Notes under the pieces: generated by a model
Databases searched by the model: none
Told to the model about the DNA's origin: nothing
Seen by the model: only the letters and a program-made list of their open reading frames with translations
Program-made: the position numbers and the translations under genes
Part shown: positions 1 through 10,515 of the stretch, in pieces
Numbering within the stretch: position 1 is the first letter of the stretch
Layout: each line of letters opens with the position of its first letter
Origin: Lophium mytilinum
Lineage: Eukaryota
Length of the DNA: 64,000 nt
Direction: 5' to 3'
Assembly (NCBI GenBank): GCA_010093605.1
Contig: MU004195.1
Span: 124,001-188,000 of the forward strand

Positions 1-1406
1 CACAACTCCTCTCCGTCTACCTAGATGCCTACCTAATAAGCAAGGACGCTGAACTCCTCGACGCCGTCTACGACATTGCAACTTACCTCACCTCGCCACC
101 CATGCACTCCTCAACCGGCGGCTTCTTCTCCGCAGAAGACGCGGACTCTTTCTACCGGCCCAACGACAAGGAGAAGCGCGAAGGCGCCTTCTACGTCTGG
201 ACACTCAAGGAATTCCAATCCATCCTCGGCGACCGCGACGCAGAAGTGCTGGCTAGGTACTACAACGTGCAGGAAAATGGCAACGTGGAACCGGAGCACG
301 ATGCCCACGACGAACTCATTAACCAGAACGTTCTAGCTATCAGCAGCACACCGGAAGCCCTAGGAAAGGAGTTCGGCCTCTCGAACAAAGACGTCCTCAA
401 GACTCTGAAAGATGGCCGGGAGAAACTCCGCGCACATCGCGAAATAGAGCGTCCGCGGCCGAGTCTGGATGATAAGATTGTCGTTGCGTGGAATGGCCTC
501 GCGATCGCTGCGCTGGCGAGGACGAGTAATGTGATAGGGGGGTTCGATAAGGAGAGGTCGAGCAGGTATCTCAAGGCAGCGAAAGACGCAGCTGCATTCA
601 TCAAGAAAGAGCTTTATAACGAGAAGGACGGGACTATGAAACGTGTGTACCGCGAGGGACCAGGCGATGCACCAGCTTTCGCAGACGACTACGCGTTCCT
701 AATCAAGGGGCTTATCGAGCTATACGAAGCAACATTCGACGATGCGTATCTGGAGTGGGCGGATCGATTACAACGTATGTCTAACCCTTCAAATTTCCCT
801 TCCTTCCCTACTTCTCAAGCTCCCAGGCTCCAAACGACCCTGAATCAACGTAACTAACGCATTCTAGAAACCCAAATCTCCCTCTTCTGGGACACGGCCC
901 ACCTCGCCTTCTTCTCCACGGCCGCGCACCAAACCGACCTCATCCTCCGCCTCAAAGACGGCATGGACAGCGCCGAGCCCTCGACCAACGGCATCTCAGC
1001 CCAGAACCTCGACCGCCTCGCGCTGCTGCTCGACGACGAAACCTACTCCACCCGCGCGCGCCAGACGTGCGACGCGTTCGAGGCGGAAGTCATGCAGCAC
1101 CCGTTCCTCTTCGCGAGTCTGCTGGACTCGGTGGTGGTGGGGAGGCTGGGGCTGAAGAGCGTGGCGCTGACGGGAGAGGGTGAGAGGGTGGAGAGGTGGC
1201 TGCAGTCTTGGCGGGCGAAAGCCGGGGGTGTGGTGAGTAGAGTTGGGGGCGGAGCGAGGAGTGAGTGGTTGAGGAGAAGGAATAAGTTGGTGGGGAGTTT
1301 GGATGTGGGGAAGGAGAGTGTTATGGTGTGTGAGGGGGGGCGGTGTACGGAGGAGCTGGGGACGGGGATGGGGGAGGTGGAGAAGGCGTTGGGGGAGGTT
1401 AGGTAG
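1..1406 (+). CDS. SPATA20/YyaL (DUF255) family six-hairpin glycosidase-like protein, 5'-truncated by the window edge; intron 775-867
   Basis: Motifs GGFFSAEDADS, EGAFYVWT, RPRPSLDDKIVVAWNGL, DDYAFLIKGLIELYEAT and DSAEPSTN. An intron GTATGT(775)...ACTAAC...TAG(867) joins ORFs 102-857 and 963-1406. Confidence 0.9.
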
Positions 1407-3366
1407 GGTACGTTGGTAAACTAGGTTTAGGTGGCAGGATTTAATTGCTGGCGATTCTTTGTCGATACTTGGGTTTTGGGGAGTTAGTGGAAGACTATAG
1501 ATCTGAGCTTAGTGAGAGATGAGCACCTTTTTCAAACTTCAAACTTCCTTTGTCCGATTAGTGCCTGTTCAGAAATCTGTGCAACACTTTCTCGGCGCCG
1601 TCTGAGACGCTTAAGTGCCGCATCATAAACCTGGACGAGATCCAAATGTCCAGGGAGTGCGAATCTAAGCATCTCCAACCACTTCTAAACTAGCTTACGC
1701 AGCCGCCATCCGGAGTGCTTCAACAAATCATCAGTCTTCAGCAAAAGAGTCCAGAGCCCGACACAAAATTGAGCGCACAGAATTCTAGCCAGGCACTGTA
1801 TCAGCCGCTCAATCACGCCACGTAACATCCACTGCTACCATACCACGTGCATCACATGACCCTCCACCGGCCGCCGTTTCTCCGCTCCGACCATCTTCTC
1901 CCGAGTATAAAAAGCCAGTCCTGACAGTCCTGGACTTCTTTCCTCAGAGGTGGGAGGAGGGTTGGACATCAACATGCAAAGGCATTTGCTGCCATGTTGT
2001 CTCGGGTCTGGGTGTGGTGTTCAAACAACGCGATAAAAGCTACAATGGCGGCGTTGTTCGTCAAACTGCTGCCGACACGAACTTATGCGGTGGAGGAAGC
2101 GCTCGGAGTCTGCGATGGTGGGCTCAGTAGCACCGAAGAAAATGATGATAGTGAGGGGTATGAGGGGTTGATGATGGAGTGGGTAAGCTTCAAGGGATGG
2201 CTGGGGCGAGCGATTGATGTAGAGGAGCTGAGTAGGATAAGGGAGAACTGGTGATGAGTATTATTGTGTGGGTTTGAAGGGGTGTTGGGACACCGCCGAC
2301 ACTCCTCCAGCCATTGTCCATTGAGTGGTGAGATTTTGCACAGCTCTTCTTCTCCTCCATGATATGTGTAGTTTTTCGAATTTTCAACGAAAGACCATGA
2401 CAGATCTTGAACCTTTGAGTTGACACAACCACTACCAATCCCCATCAAATGCGGTTACGGATTCTGTTCAAATCCCCCCCGGAACCTGCCCATGAAAGCT
2501 AAGGAAAGTAGAAGAATGAGGCATTTATACCTACCTAGCGGGAGACGACGCATCAATGACTCAGCAGTACTCGTGACTTACATCGGGCAAGCATAGACCA
2601 TCCAGCACCTTCGTGCCATTGATTCTTGTGTCCGGATACACTGCGCGATGATAGGCCGCTCGATTAACATAGTAGCTACAGGCCTCATCTGGTATAGTTG
2701 AGTTGGCCATGACACCTAGAGCCCGTAGGGAACGCAAGCAGAAAGGTAGACTACCTCTGCTCAGGGGATCCAAGTTCGATCGTTTGGGTTTCGAGTGTTT
2801 GGGGCGTTAAAAGAGGTCCGGAAAGCGCCTTTTCCGAGCAGTGGTGCTTTTACTTCTAGTTTTTCGGAGTTGCTCTAGGAGAGCATCATTTTCTGGTGCC
2901 CGGGTAAGACGCCAAGTTAGCAAGAACGCAAGTGAGAAACATTTCAAAGCTTTTTCAATGCCATCGGTAACGATGCTGAGAGCTTTAGAACATAGATAGT
3001 TACTTAAGATGGGTGTTGAGCAGGATCCCCAAGCTTGGGTCGTAGTACTTCGAAGCGGTGCAAGCTTGAATGGCTATATACAGGCGGCCTTAGAAGAAAA
3101 TAGCATTAAAAATGCAGCTTAAAGTTTCATCGCATCTAGTTTTCAGGTCGTTAAAAGAAGGTTCCGGCTGAGGCGCGATACCAGTGAGGGGTGGAGTATT
3201 GGAACGGAAGGAGCAACTGACCGCCTTCCAACGACCTCAGTTCATCGCTTCGATCCTCCTCTCTACATCTACTGCCTTTTCCGCATCATCTACATCTATC
3301 CCCTCACATCGTTGATGTTATTTCATTCTCTACGACAAGTCTGTCTTGCACTACACCGTTTATACC

Positions 3367-4129
3367 ATGTCAGATGGATGGACGCCGCTAAATGGCTCAC
3401 AGCCCCAAATCGTTTCGATCTTGAAGAGAAGCTCCGAGGAAACGGAGGATACAGCGGGTTCTGAGTGCAAGAAGGTGAAGACAAAGCATGTCACGGTATG
3501 CTAGCTCACCTCGCATCCGGGATTGAGGTAATTGGCCGCATGCTGACAGCGCACAGTGGCATAGAGCAAAGAGCCCGGAAGTCGTCATCTACAAGCGTCA
3601 ATTAGAAGGCGTCTACCTCACCTTCGACGAGAGCAGATATGACGACGAGACCGAGACCAACGACGAGACTGACTCAGACGAAGAGAGTGAAAATACACGC
3701 GAGACCGACTTCTACGCCCGATACGACAGACGTCTTCGCAACGCAGATTCGGATGTAGACAGAGACTCGGATGCGGACAAAGACTGCAGTGACACTGATT
3801 GGGAGTTCAATCACGTCATCGACGGAAGACACGAGAGTGACTACGAGAGCCCCGAATCCGATTCCGATGCCGACGAAGATGCAGACCCGATGCTCTATCC
3901 AGACACAGAGAGCGACTATGATGTAATGGAGTACATCGATGCTGACGGTGACTTGGTTCGGATCCCCTTGGAGTATGTCGGTCAAGAGCATGGACTGTGC
4001 TGCAATTGCGGACACGGAGGAGCTCAGTCCCCGCCCCAGACTGGTGGTGAACGAATGAAAAGCGTTGTGTGGAACCAGCACGTTATTGAAGAAGGAGATA
4101 CATTCTACTGGTCAAGCCCTGAGCCATGA
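3367..4129 (+). CDS. Hypothetical acidic, probably disordered protein (~233 aa), 2 exons; intron 3496-3556
   Basis: ATG at 3367 gives MSDGWTPLNG...KKVKTKHVT. The intron GTATGC...GCTGAC...CAG splices in frame to the D/E-rich frame ending in ORF 3890-4129. Confidence 0.65.
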
Positions 4130-4321
4130 AGAGTCTGAGTTTGTATGTTGAGAGATCTTTCACGAGACTGAGCGGAAAATAGCGAATGGAATCGCATTTC
4201 AGCTTACCGGGGAGGGAGTATGTATGGAAGCTTGCTCAGGGAATGTTGCACCAAAATATCAGAGCTTTTCGAAAACCGGGGATCTTCAGGAGGTCTCTAA
4301 GTAGTTATCATATCATCTAAT

Positions 4322-4376
4322 TGCTCTAATTGCATATATAAGTGCTCTAATTGCATATATAAGTGCTCTAACTGCA
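4322..4376. repeat. 21-bp tandem repeat, ~2.6 copies (TGCTCTAATTGCATATATAAG)
   Basis: Exact copies at 4322-4342 and 4343-4363, partial third copy from 4364. Confidence 0.9.
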
Positions 4377-4481
4377 CGCGCAATGGAAACCAGCACTGGA
4401 GTAAATTGCCGTAAGTAAATTTGTGCTTTGATGTTGTTTGTAGTCAAGCATATTAAGATGCTGTATCAGTCTTGAACTCAA

Positions 4482-4567
4482 TCCGGTGTGGTTTAGTTGG
4501 TTATAACACAGTCCTCCGGGCCGCGGCCCGAGAGGTCGAGACCCAAGTTCGATCCTTGGCGCCGGAC
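4482..4567 (+). tRNA. tRNA, most likely Arg(CCG), with a 13-nt intron (4520-4532) and a weak anticodon stem
   Basis: Acceptor TCCGGTG/CGCCGGA. A box TGGTTTAGTTGG. T arm CCAAG-TTCGATC-CTTGG. Anticodon loop CT-CCG-G. T6 terminator at 4584-4589. The anticodon stem CAGTC/GGTCG has one mismatch and two GU pairs. Confidence 0.75.
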
Positions 4568-4989
4568 AATTGATATTTGCTTCTTTTTTGATTGTCCAAA
4601 ACAATGATTTAGACAGAATGAACACCGCACAGTGAGTTTGGACTCATAGATTGTGCATTGCTTATTGGACCTTCAAGATGATTTTGAATCCTTGGGAAAG
4701 AGAAATTAGAACGAATACTACATGCTGTGATGAGCATTAGAGTTGGCTTCAGATCTGAAACGGGTGGAACTTTACAACGCGATGTAGATTTCATGGCGGC
4801 GTGAATTGAGCAAGAGTAAACTAAGATTCGACAGAGGAGACCACTGCCGAGGGGTCTTCACATAGCCAACAAACGTAGCATCAACCCTCGCCCTAGTCCT
4901 CAATCTTGGGGCATCTCGAAAACGTCTAAAAAGTCCAAATGCAAACGTAGTGTAAAATTCTAGTGTATGTCCGTGGATCGGAAGTTACC

Positions 4990-6764
4990 CTAACCCAGCC
5001 AGTCCAGCCATTTCGGCTTCTGCGGGACCATGTCCTCTGGTGAATTACCTACCAGTCCCGCTTTCACTGGAAATATGCGTGCAAAATAGTAGCAAATAAC
5101 GGCTACCCAAATTGCGGAGTAGAGATTCACAACCGTAATCCGCCACCAGAGCCACATTACAAAGAAATGTACGATTCCGTGGGTGTTGTATTGGACGAAG
5201 GGATCCCGCGGGGGAAGAGGTATAGACGCGTCGGAACCGATTTCCGGATCTGCAGTGGTCATGCTGGTGGTTGTGTCGGGCTGCGAGGAAATCGAGGCCC
5301 TTGGTCTGCTAGCGGAAGGCTGCTGAGTTTTGGGTTTGAGGAGTGTCTGGCGCAGTATATGATGGATCCATTTTCCCCCTAGACGAAGTAGAAGAAATCC
5401 AACCGCAGCGCAAGAAATGATGACAGCCCCGTAGGCAGGATGGAAGATGTTCGACAAGACGACAAGCCATGCTAGGGGACCAAGGAAGCCGAGCGTTGCG
5501 GTGATGATGGCGACGGATTTGTTCCATGGATACTCCGCGGATCCCAAATATGGTCTGAAACGTTGGGATGGCGACGAGGACGTCGTTTGACTTTGCGGGC
5601 TAATAGTAGCTAGAGGTATGGAAGTAGTATGTTGTTTCGTATCTAGCTCAGATGGAAAAGTGAAAGGATTGTTCCCTGGATCAACGTATTTGATGACATC
5701 AAGAAGGTTCTCGGGAGGTACGTTTCGGAGAGAGTTGTGACGCAAAGGGAAGACATAACTCCAAGTCAGGAACTCCAGGATGATGTAGCTAGTGGAGTAA
5801 GCAAGAGCAAGATAGCAGCTTAGTCGGACGCCACTATTTGTCGAAGCTTTGACCATGGCGATGATCTTGATGAAGGCTACGAGGAAGAGTACCGCTCCTA
5901 ACACACGTTCCTGTGATAGAGGTTCTAACCTTGGAGCAAGCTTCAAGTCCAGATAATCACGGATACGGTCGTCTGGTGTATCGGACTCAGCATCTCCAGT
6001 AGTCTCAACATCTTCGGTAGTCTCATCATCTTCGGCAGTCTCAACATTTTCGGTAGTCCCAGGATCTTCGGTAGTCCCAGGATCTTCGACACTCTCAGCA
6101 TCTTCGACAATCACAATATCCCCAACTTCGGCTATATGCTCAGAGCCCTCTACTACTTCTACAGTTTCAGCGCCTTCTGGGTGTTCTCCTTCTTCTGCGT
6201 CGTCAACATCATCGGCACTGTCGCTGACTGACGCTGAACCGTGATCGCTCGAAGTCTCGTCTGAAGTTTGGTCCGCAGCACTCGCTACGTCTACGAAATT
6301 TAGCAACCGTGAAATTGGAGTGAATGAAAACCAAGCTAACCTGGAACGTCTGCCACTTCGTCAGCAGGAAACATCGCCTCAAGGTCTTTTCTCCACCAAA
6401 GGTCTCCTTGACCAATCCCATCCCTTACTGCAAAGACGGCAGCAATGCTTTCATCCCATCGATAGCCTTTCCATAATGCCTTGGTAAGTAGAGCTAGTAC
6501 TGCCAGCGTCTCCACTAGTCCAAGCTCAGGAGAAAAGCGATAGAAATTTGAACGTCGGTAGAAACCTAGAGAACCCGGCAATTGCACTACACATGCAACC
6601 GCAGGTACAAGAACGAGCCATAATGCGAAACCGGCAGATATCAGGTTGGCAGGCCCGCAGTCATCGATTTCGATGATATCCGGCGTTCGGTAAAGCGACG
6701 CGTTGTAGTTGCTCACATACGCGCCGTTAACAACCCAAAGGCTAAACGAAAAACTCCATACCAT
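4990..6764 (-). CDS. Uncharacterised multi-pass membrane protein (~574 aa), 2 exons; intron 6291-6340; ends KPKWLDWLG
   Basis: An intron GTTAGC...GCTAAA...TAG joins ORFs 6336-6764 and 4990-6306 in frame. Several hydrophobic segments and an acidic repeat insert. Confidence 0.8.
5990..6095 (-). repeat. Degenerate 18-bp coding repeat (EDPGTT EDPGTT ENVETA EDDETT EDVETT)
   Basis: Hexapeptide periodicity in the translation, with an exact duplication of TCTTCGGTAGTCCCAGGA-type units near 6050-6088. Confidence 0.75.
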
Positions 6765-7040
6765 TTTGACAGATGACTAGAAATGAAGAATGGAAGACTG
6801 AAGCAGTGCCTATGAGGTGGTCACAAGGCTACGGCGCGCCATTAATAATTATCCAGAAGTGACTTGGCTGGTGGCTGTGCCCATGGCAAGGCGCCTTTAG
6901 CGGCTTCATACGAGCAGCAGAGCATGCGAACCTCGTGCAAGGCAATGAGGCTGTGCGGTGCTAGATGCCGCATCTTTAAGCACTCTCCAGACACCATGAG
7001 CTTCGCAGTCCCCTCGTTGATGAAGAGTGGAAGCCGAAGA

Positions 7041-8489
7041 ATGAAGTTCAGTTTCGCTCACCCCGCGTTGCCGTTTGTGGCTTGGCTCCCTTTCCTCATC
7101 ACTGTCTCTACCACGACTGTGGAATATGCCCCATACAACACGAATCTGTCTCCAAGGGCCGCCCAATTTGATTCTCCTTCATTCCAGCCGCCGCCTGTCT
7201 ACTACGATCCTCCCATCATAGAATTTGAACAACCCAAGGAACCACCACCTCAAAATATCACGGTTCAAAGATGCCACGCCCAAGAGCTATCCCAGGGCAA
7301 TGCCTTATGGATGCTGCTCATCCTCGGCGTTGGCTGCGTCGTTCACATGCCTGGCTCCGTCACTTGGCTCGGCCATAAAGGCCTCTACCGTCTCGTCCCC
7401 GAGTTCGGAATCCTCGAAGCCGTCGCCCTCTTCACTCTCGTGCTAAGAGGCATATTCCACCACCACCAAAGCATCCGCCGCTCCATCCGCGCATCCCTCG
7501 CCCTCCGGCACGCCCTCGGCGAAGGAGAGAGCTGGTGGCTAGTGGAAACCCCTTCAACCGGTGCCCCAATCACCGCAGAAACCTTCGACGTCGCCCTCGC
7601 CGACCAAGAAATGCACCTTGCGCGTCTCAACATGACCCCGAAAGAGGCGCTGGAGCACCTCGACGACTTCCTTACCTCCCTCCGCGACTTCAACGTCTCC
7701 CGCCTCCTCGGCTCCATCCTAACCACCCTCACCCTCGTCAAAGCATCCGCCGCCACTGGCACGATCAGGACGACTGTGCTGGCATGTAGCTACTACTTCT
7801 CCTTCTTCGTCATCGACGCCCTAGCTTGGTTGTGCCTCGCCCCAGGCCCGCCGCCCTCGGAAGGCGAACGCGAGCAAGAAGCCTACGCCGTGGCTCGACT
7901 AATGGCTGCATTAGATCCTTTCCGCGAGACTTTCCAGAAAAAGAGCACGTCCGTCCTTAGCGACCCGGGCCCTTGGCGGCGTTTGGACAACCAAGCCTAC
8001 GAAGAGTACATCGCGGTGTATGGCACGATCTTCAACATCCAAGGCTGGCCAGAGCAGTGGACGAGCTGGCCACGCATCGCTCGTCCGGTTTTCGTAGTGA
8101 CTGCCTTGCTAGCTGCCGGAATCGCGGTACTCATTTCGACTTTCTGGCCCGTCTCGGTGCCGATATTCCTTGTGTTCGACTTCTCCGCCGTGCAGAAGGG
8201 GAAGTGGACGTTTCTGTATTTGAACTCGCTGGTATGGCTCTTTTGGGTCGGGGTGGCTAGTGGCCTGTTCCTTGGTTCTACCTTCCTCGTCTCGAAGGTG
8301 AGGAGGAAGACGTTTGGCGAGGTGATTGCGGAGATGAATGAGAAGTATGTGCCGCGGAACTGGGTAGGGTTGAACTTTGTTCTCGCGGGTTATGGGATTC
8401 TGAAGGTAGCGTTGATTGTGAGGTTGTACTTCCATGATTATTCGGGGGCGAACACTACGAAGCCTGGGTGGGTGGACTGGTTGGGATAG
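7041..8489 (+). CDS. Uncharacterised multi-pass membrane protein, paralog of 4990-6764; ends KPGWVDWLG
   Basis: Single long ORF (6864-8489). Likely start is ATG 7041 (MKFSFAHPALPFVAWLPFL, signal-like); ATG 6996 is an alternative. Shares motifs with the neighbouring gene. Confidence 0.8.
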   Translation: MKFSFAHPALPFVAWLPFLITVSTTTVEYAPYNTNLSPRAAQFDSPSFQPPPVYYDPPIIEFEQPKEPPPQNITVQRCHAQELSQGNALWMLLILGVGCVVHMPGSVTWLGHKGLYRLVPEFGILEAVALFTLVLRGIFHHHQSIRRSIRASLALRHALGEGESWWLVETPSTGAPITAETFDVALADQEMHLARLNMTPKEALEHLDDFLTSLRDFNVSRLLGSILTTLTLVKASAATGTIRTTVLACSYYFSFFVIDALAWLCLAPGPPPSEGEREQEAYAVARLMAALDPFRETFQKKSTSVLSDPGPWRRLDNQAYEEYIAVYGTIFNIQGWPEQWTSWPRIARPVFVVTALLAAGIAVLISTFWPVSVPIFLVFDFSAVQKGKWTFLYLNSLVWLFWVGVASGLFLGSTFLVSKVRRKTFGEVIAEMNEKYVPRNWVGLNFVLAGYGILKVALIVRLYFHDYSGANTTKPGWVDWLG

Positions 8490-9027
8490 TTAGCATGTAA
8501 CAGATCACGAATTGGCATGCCCCTGAAGATGTCACAAACTCCAGTACTTGGTGACTACCGAAGAACCTCCGAACATGTTTCCCAGAAATCAGTCGGTATA
8601 CACGTTAGTTGACACCGCCTGAGTTGCCTTAATGCATTCATGAAAGCGGATGAAATCGGAGTCCCAGTCGGGGGAAATTCACGTCCGGTCCTGGCCATTG
8701 CAATCGATAACGAAGTAGTTTTATTGCATCCCCTTGACAGTCGAGAGCTATCTACAACCCAGTCAAATCTCCCCGTTCCGTTCCATTTCGGATTCTGCTG
8801 TCTGAAAGATAGAATCCGGAGCAAGGTATCTTACCACCATTACGCAGGAATATAGCCACTAGAGAAAAGGAAGATAGCCATGCCGCAGCGATGAGAGGGT
8901 TGGCCCCGCCTAATGGAAGCCAAAGGGATGCTGCGCCACTTGAAGAGAATGACCATTACATGTCGTTCGTGCTCGATCGTGAGGGGGCATGAGAATATCA
9001 ACGAGAGTGCTGTGACACTCGATGCGA

Positions 9028-10515
9028 TCATTGCTCGTCTGGGTCCTCAGGCTGGTCAAATAGGAAGTTTGCGGCCAGTTCTTCGTTCTTGTCGCAAGCG
9101 AAATAGGCCTGAATCACGAGATCTCGCTCGAAACCGAGTCGGCATAGCTGGAGACGTTAGAGATCAAGAATAGTAAGAGAAGGGATAGTGAGCTTACTCG
9201 GTCGATTGCGTCCCGTTCTTCTTCTGTCACACTAATGGCTTGTGCTCCGGGAGGGAGCGGGGCGTCCTCGTCGGCATCTTCAGCAAGTAGCTGGAGGAAT
9301 TGCTCCGGGTGGGTGGCAATGAGTTGTGCCAACTGCGGGTTTCCTGCACCAACTTGCTGTAGGATGGGCTCTAGCATCTGGGGCTGTTGCTGAACAACTT
9401 GACGAAGCTGCTGGAATTGGGGGTTATTGCGGAGGAACTCGAGGCTGCTGCCACCAAGGGCTTGGGCAGCAGTAGCTCCAGCCTCGCCGCCAGCCCGCGC
9501 TGTTGGAGCAGATCGAGCCCCACCGGATCCACGGCCGCCTTGTCCGGCCTGCGCAGCGGCCTCGAATAGATTCACGGGTTCGTCACCTCCAGTCGCAGGG
9601 GTCGCAGTGGTGTTGCCGCCAGTCGCCGGAGGCGGTGATGTCGGCCCACTCCGAGGCGGTCTCGGCGAAGCTTGTGCTTGCGACTCTTGGAGAGCTGATT
9701 CCGGAATGCCCTTGTTTGTTGTCAGCAAAGGTCTAAACCACTAAAAGAGATGTCTCACAGTTAAGAGGTATTCGACCGCCCTGTCAGGGTTGAAGAACGC
9801 AGCCCGCATAGCACGGTCAATATCAGCCCTAGCGAATCCCATGCTCTCCATATTGGCAATGGCAGCGTCGCGCTCGCTCCCCATTGTCAAGGCTGACGGG
9901 TCGTTGAACCGGATGCCTTCAGCATTTGTCTGCTGGCTAGTCGGGGCGGGTGAAGGGCTAGCGGGAACATTCTGGGCGGCAGAGGACGAGGCTGGTGCTG
10001 GTGCAGCGGGCGCAACGGGGGTTTGGGCTACCGCAGGAGCTGGTGTAGACGGTGCCGCCTTGCTTGACGATGCCGCAGATGCTTTGGGCTAGGTGAAGTG
10101 AGCAACGGGCTTGAGTAGAGGAGCAGCAGAACGAACCTTGGACACCATGCACACGACGAACCCCTTCTCTTCGATGCTATAGGACTCGACTGTGTTGCTG
10201 TCTTGTAGGATCTTGCCTGTACGCCGTGAGCATGACGCCACATGGTTGACGGAGGAGCTCCGCTCAACATACCCGAATAGATCAGCTTCTGCAACGCAGC
10301 GTCCCAGCCCTTCTCTGCGGAAATCTTCGCCTTGACATCGGCAATCTACAAGCAGCGAGTTAGTGGTGACAGCGTGCGGCGGAGTTGTAGATGCGTACCG
10401 TTTCCGAAGGTTCAGCTTCGATGACGAACTTTTGCTGCTTCAGATCCTGCGGCTCTTTGTCAGCACGATGAATATAACTAGATCGCGATGGCAGTACCTT
10501 AAAAGTGAGCTTCAT
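9028..10515 (-). CDS. RAD23: UV excision repair / ubiquitin receptor Rad23 (UBL-UBA-STI1-UBA), multi-exon
   Basis: MKLTFK|DLKQQKF UBL start, [55 protein letters not shown], and last exon [32 protein letters not shown]. Stop at 9028-9030. Confidence 0.97.

Noticed and set aside
1994..2773. Short ORFs on both strands downstream of the SPATA20-like gene
   Set aside because: No recognisable motifs or consistent exon structure.
4322..4376. Repeat considered as CRISPR-like or a transposon end
   Set aside because: Head-to-tail copies without spacers in a eukaryotic genome, and no transposase or matching terminal repeat in the window.
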